DNA from: Eledone cirrhosa
Lineage: Eukaryota
NCBI GenBank assembly: GCA_964016885.1
Contig: OZ024744.1
Span: forward strand, 47,678,001 to 47,742,000
Direction: 5' to 3'
Length of the DNA: 64,000 bases
Numbering within the stretch: the first letter of the stretch is position 1; each line of letters begins with the position of its first letter. The notes beneath the pieces are model-generated. The model did not search any database. It was not told the origin of the DNA and worked only from the letters and a program-made list of their open reading frames with translations. A program made the position numbers and the translations under genes. Positions 61,501 to 64,000 of this stretch are shown piece after piece.

Positions 61501-64000
61501 ACCAGAACACCAAACACATCACATTAGACTATCAAGACCAGAACACCAACCACATTAGACTACCAAGACCAGAACACCAACCACATCACATTGGACTATT
61601 AAGACCAGAACACCAACCACATTAGACTATCAAGACCAGAACTCCAACCACATTAGACTATCAAGACCAGAACACCAACCACATCACATTAGACTATCAA
61701 GACCATGACACCAACCACATTAGACTATCAAGACCATAACACCAACCACATTAGACTATCAAGACCAGAACAACAACTAGATCACATTAGACTATCAAGA
61801 CCAGAACATCAACAATATCATTTTAGACTATCAAGACCAGAACACCAACATCATCACATTAGACTATCAAGACCAGAACACCAACCACATCACATTAGAC
61901 TATCAAGACCAGAACACCAACCACATCACATTAGACTATCAAGACCAGAACACCAACCACATCACATTAGACTATCAAGACGTGAACACCAACCACATTA
62001 GACTATCAAGACCAGAACACCAACCACATTAGACTATCAAGACCAGAACACCAACCACATTAGACTATCAAGACCAGAACACCAACCACATCACATTAGA
62101 CTATCAAGACCAGAACACCAACCACATTAGATTTCAAGACCAGAACACCAACCACATTATACTATCAAGACCAGAACACCAACCACATCACATTAGAATA
62201 TCAAGACCAGAACACCAACCACATTAGACTATCAAGACCAGAACACCAACCACAATAGGCTATCAAGACCAGAACACCAACCACATTAGACTATCAATAA
62301 CAGAACACCAACCACATTAGACTATCAAGACAAGAACACCAACCACATTAGACTATCAAGAACAGAACACCAACCACATTAGACTATCAAGAACAGAACA
62401 CCAACCACATTAGACTATCAAGACCAGAACACCAACCACATCACATTAGCCTATCAAGAACAGAACACCAACCACATTAGACTATCAAGACCAGAACACC
62501 AACCACATTAGACTATCAAAACCAGAACACCAACCACATCACATTAGACTATCAAGACCAGAACACCAACCACATTAGACTATCAAGACCAGAACACCAA
62601 CCACATCACATTAGAATATCCAGACCAGAACACCAACCATATCACATTAGACTATCAAGACCTGAACACCAACAACATCACATTAGACTATCAAGACCAG
62701 AACACCAACAACATCACATTAGACTATCAAGACCAGAACACCAACCACATTAGACTATCAAGAACATAACACCAACAACATTAGACTATCAAGAACATAA
62801 CACCAACCACATTAGACTATCAAGAACAGAACACCAACCACATTAGACTATCAAGAACAGAATACCAACCACATTAGACTATCAAGACCAGAACACCAAC
62901 AACATCACATTAGCCTATCAAGAACAGAACACCAACCACATTAGACTATCAAGACCAGAACACCAACCACATTAGACTATCAAGACCAGAACACCAACCA
63001 CATCACATTAGACTATCAAGACCAGAACACCAACCACATTAGACTATCAAGACCAGAACACCAACCACATCACATTAGAATATCAAGACCAGAACACCAA
63101 CCACATCACATTAGACTATCAACACCAGAACACCAACAACATCACATTAGACTATCAAGACCAGAACACCAACCACATTAGACTATCAAGAACATAACAC
63201 CAGCAACATTAGACTATCAAGACCATAACACCAACCACATTAGACTATCAAGAACAGAACACCAACCACATTAGACTATCAAGACCAGAACACCAACAAC
63301 AATAGACTATCAAGACCAGAACACCAACCACATTAGACTATCAAGAACAGAACACCAACCATATTAGACTATCAAGACCAGAACACCAACCACATTAGAC
63401 TATCAAGAACAGAACACCAACCACATTAGACTATCAAGAACAGAACACCAACCACATTAGACTATCAAGACCAGAACAACAACCACATTAGACTATCAAG
63501 ACCAGAACACCAACCACATCACATTAGACTATCAAGACCAGAACACCAACCACATTAGACTATCAAGACCAGAACACCAACCACATCACATTAGACTATC
63601 AAGACCAGAACACCAACCACATCACATTAGACTATCAAGACCTGAACACCAACCACATCACATTAGACTATCAAGACCAGAACACCAACAACATCACATT
63701 AGACTATCAAGACCAGAACACCAACCACATTAGACTATCAAGAACAGAACACCAACAACATTAGACTATCAAGACCATAACACCAACCACATTAGACTAT
63801 CAAGAACAGAACACCAACCACATTAGACTATCAAGACCAGAACACCAACAACAATAGACTATCAAGACCAGAACACCAACCACATTAGACTATCAAGAAC
63901 AGAACACCAACCACATTAGACTATCAAGACCAGACCACCAACCACATTAGACTATCAAGAACAGAATACCAACCACATTAGACTATCAAGAACAGAACAC
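52500..64000. repeat. Distal copy of the ~24.2-37.1 kb region (lacks the 1,640-bp duplication)
   Basis: Offset 28313: AGAGAAG 24692/53005, AGATAAG 25632/53945. Offset 28318: ATCGCATT 27341/55659, CAGACCACC 28131/56449. Offset 26710: AGTAGACT 33581/60291, CTAGAT 35067/61777, CACAATAGGC 35541/62251. Offset 26870: CAGACCACCA 37061/63931. Confidence 0.9.

Larger units (their letters stand above)
1..64000. repeat. Tandem satellite array of mixed 31-bp and 36-bp monomers: ATTAGACTATCAAGACCAGAACACCAACCAC[ATCAC]
   Basis: Every line is built from this monomer in the same orientation with sparse substitutions. The 36-mer has CCACAT expanded to CCACATCACAT. 31-mer consensus composition is A14 C10 T4 G3. 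No non-repeat sequence seen. Confidence 0.99.

Noticed and set aside
61705-62001. 98-aa ORF with HHIRLSRPEHQP repeats
   Set aside because: The ATG is a private A>G change (CCATAAC>CCATGAC) absent from the paralogs (e.g. ~34995, ~42220). Its length only reflects a run of in-frame 36-mers, and there is no sign of coding constraint.
1-64000. CRISPR array (repeat length 31-36 bp)
   Set aside because: The monomers abut directly with no unique spacers, and there is no leader, cas gene or palindromic repeat structure.
1-64000. Giant repetitive protein gene, including via TAG readthrough or on the minus strand
   Set aside because: The 31-bp units shift the frame constantly and variants show no codon-position pattern that I could see. 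The minus strand has TGA, TAG and TAA in every unit, and the ORF track lists nothing there.
1-64000. Telomerase-synthesised tract or rolling-circle/sequencing concatemer artefact
   Set aside because: Rare variants recur in conserved order across multi-kb blocks with nested, lineage-specific differences. This indicates genomic duplication history rather than repeated copying of one short template or random read error.
1-64000. Inversions, transposon insertions, tRNA/rRNA or plasmid iterons
   Set aside because: No reverse-oriented monomers (GTGGTTGGTG on the + strand) or non-satellite sequence were seen. The array is far too long for iterons and no rep gene is present.

Overview
The whole 64 kb window is one uninterrupted head-to-tail tandem satellite array that runs off both ends. 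I found no credible genes, RNAs, transposons, CRISPR spacers, inversions or unique sequence. The monomer is 31 bp (ATTAGACTATCAAGACCAGAACACCAACCAC), irregularly mixed with a 36-bp form carrying a CACAT duplication; I estimate about 1,900-2,000 monomers. Rare substitutions and the 31/36 order act as barcodes. They reveal nested higher-order duplications: 315 bp, about 0.75 kb, 1,640 bp, 2,762 bp, about 6.4 kb, 7.0 kb and 7.5 kb, plus a 27-36 kb super-duplication with internal deletions. This looks like eukaryotic satellite DNA (centromeric, pericentromeric or subtelomeric), but neither organism nor function can be determined from the sequence. Both supplied ORFs are artefacts of the repeat. Offsets were hand-counted from marker variants and block boundaries are approximate.
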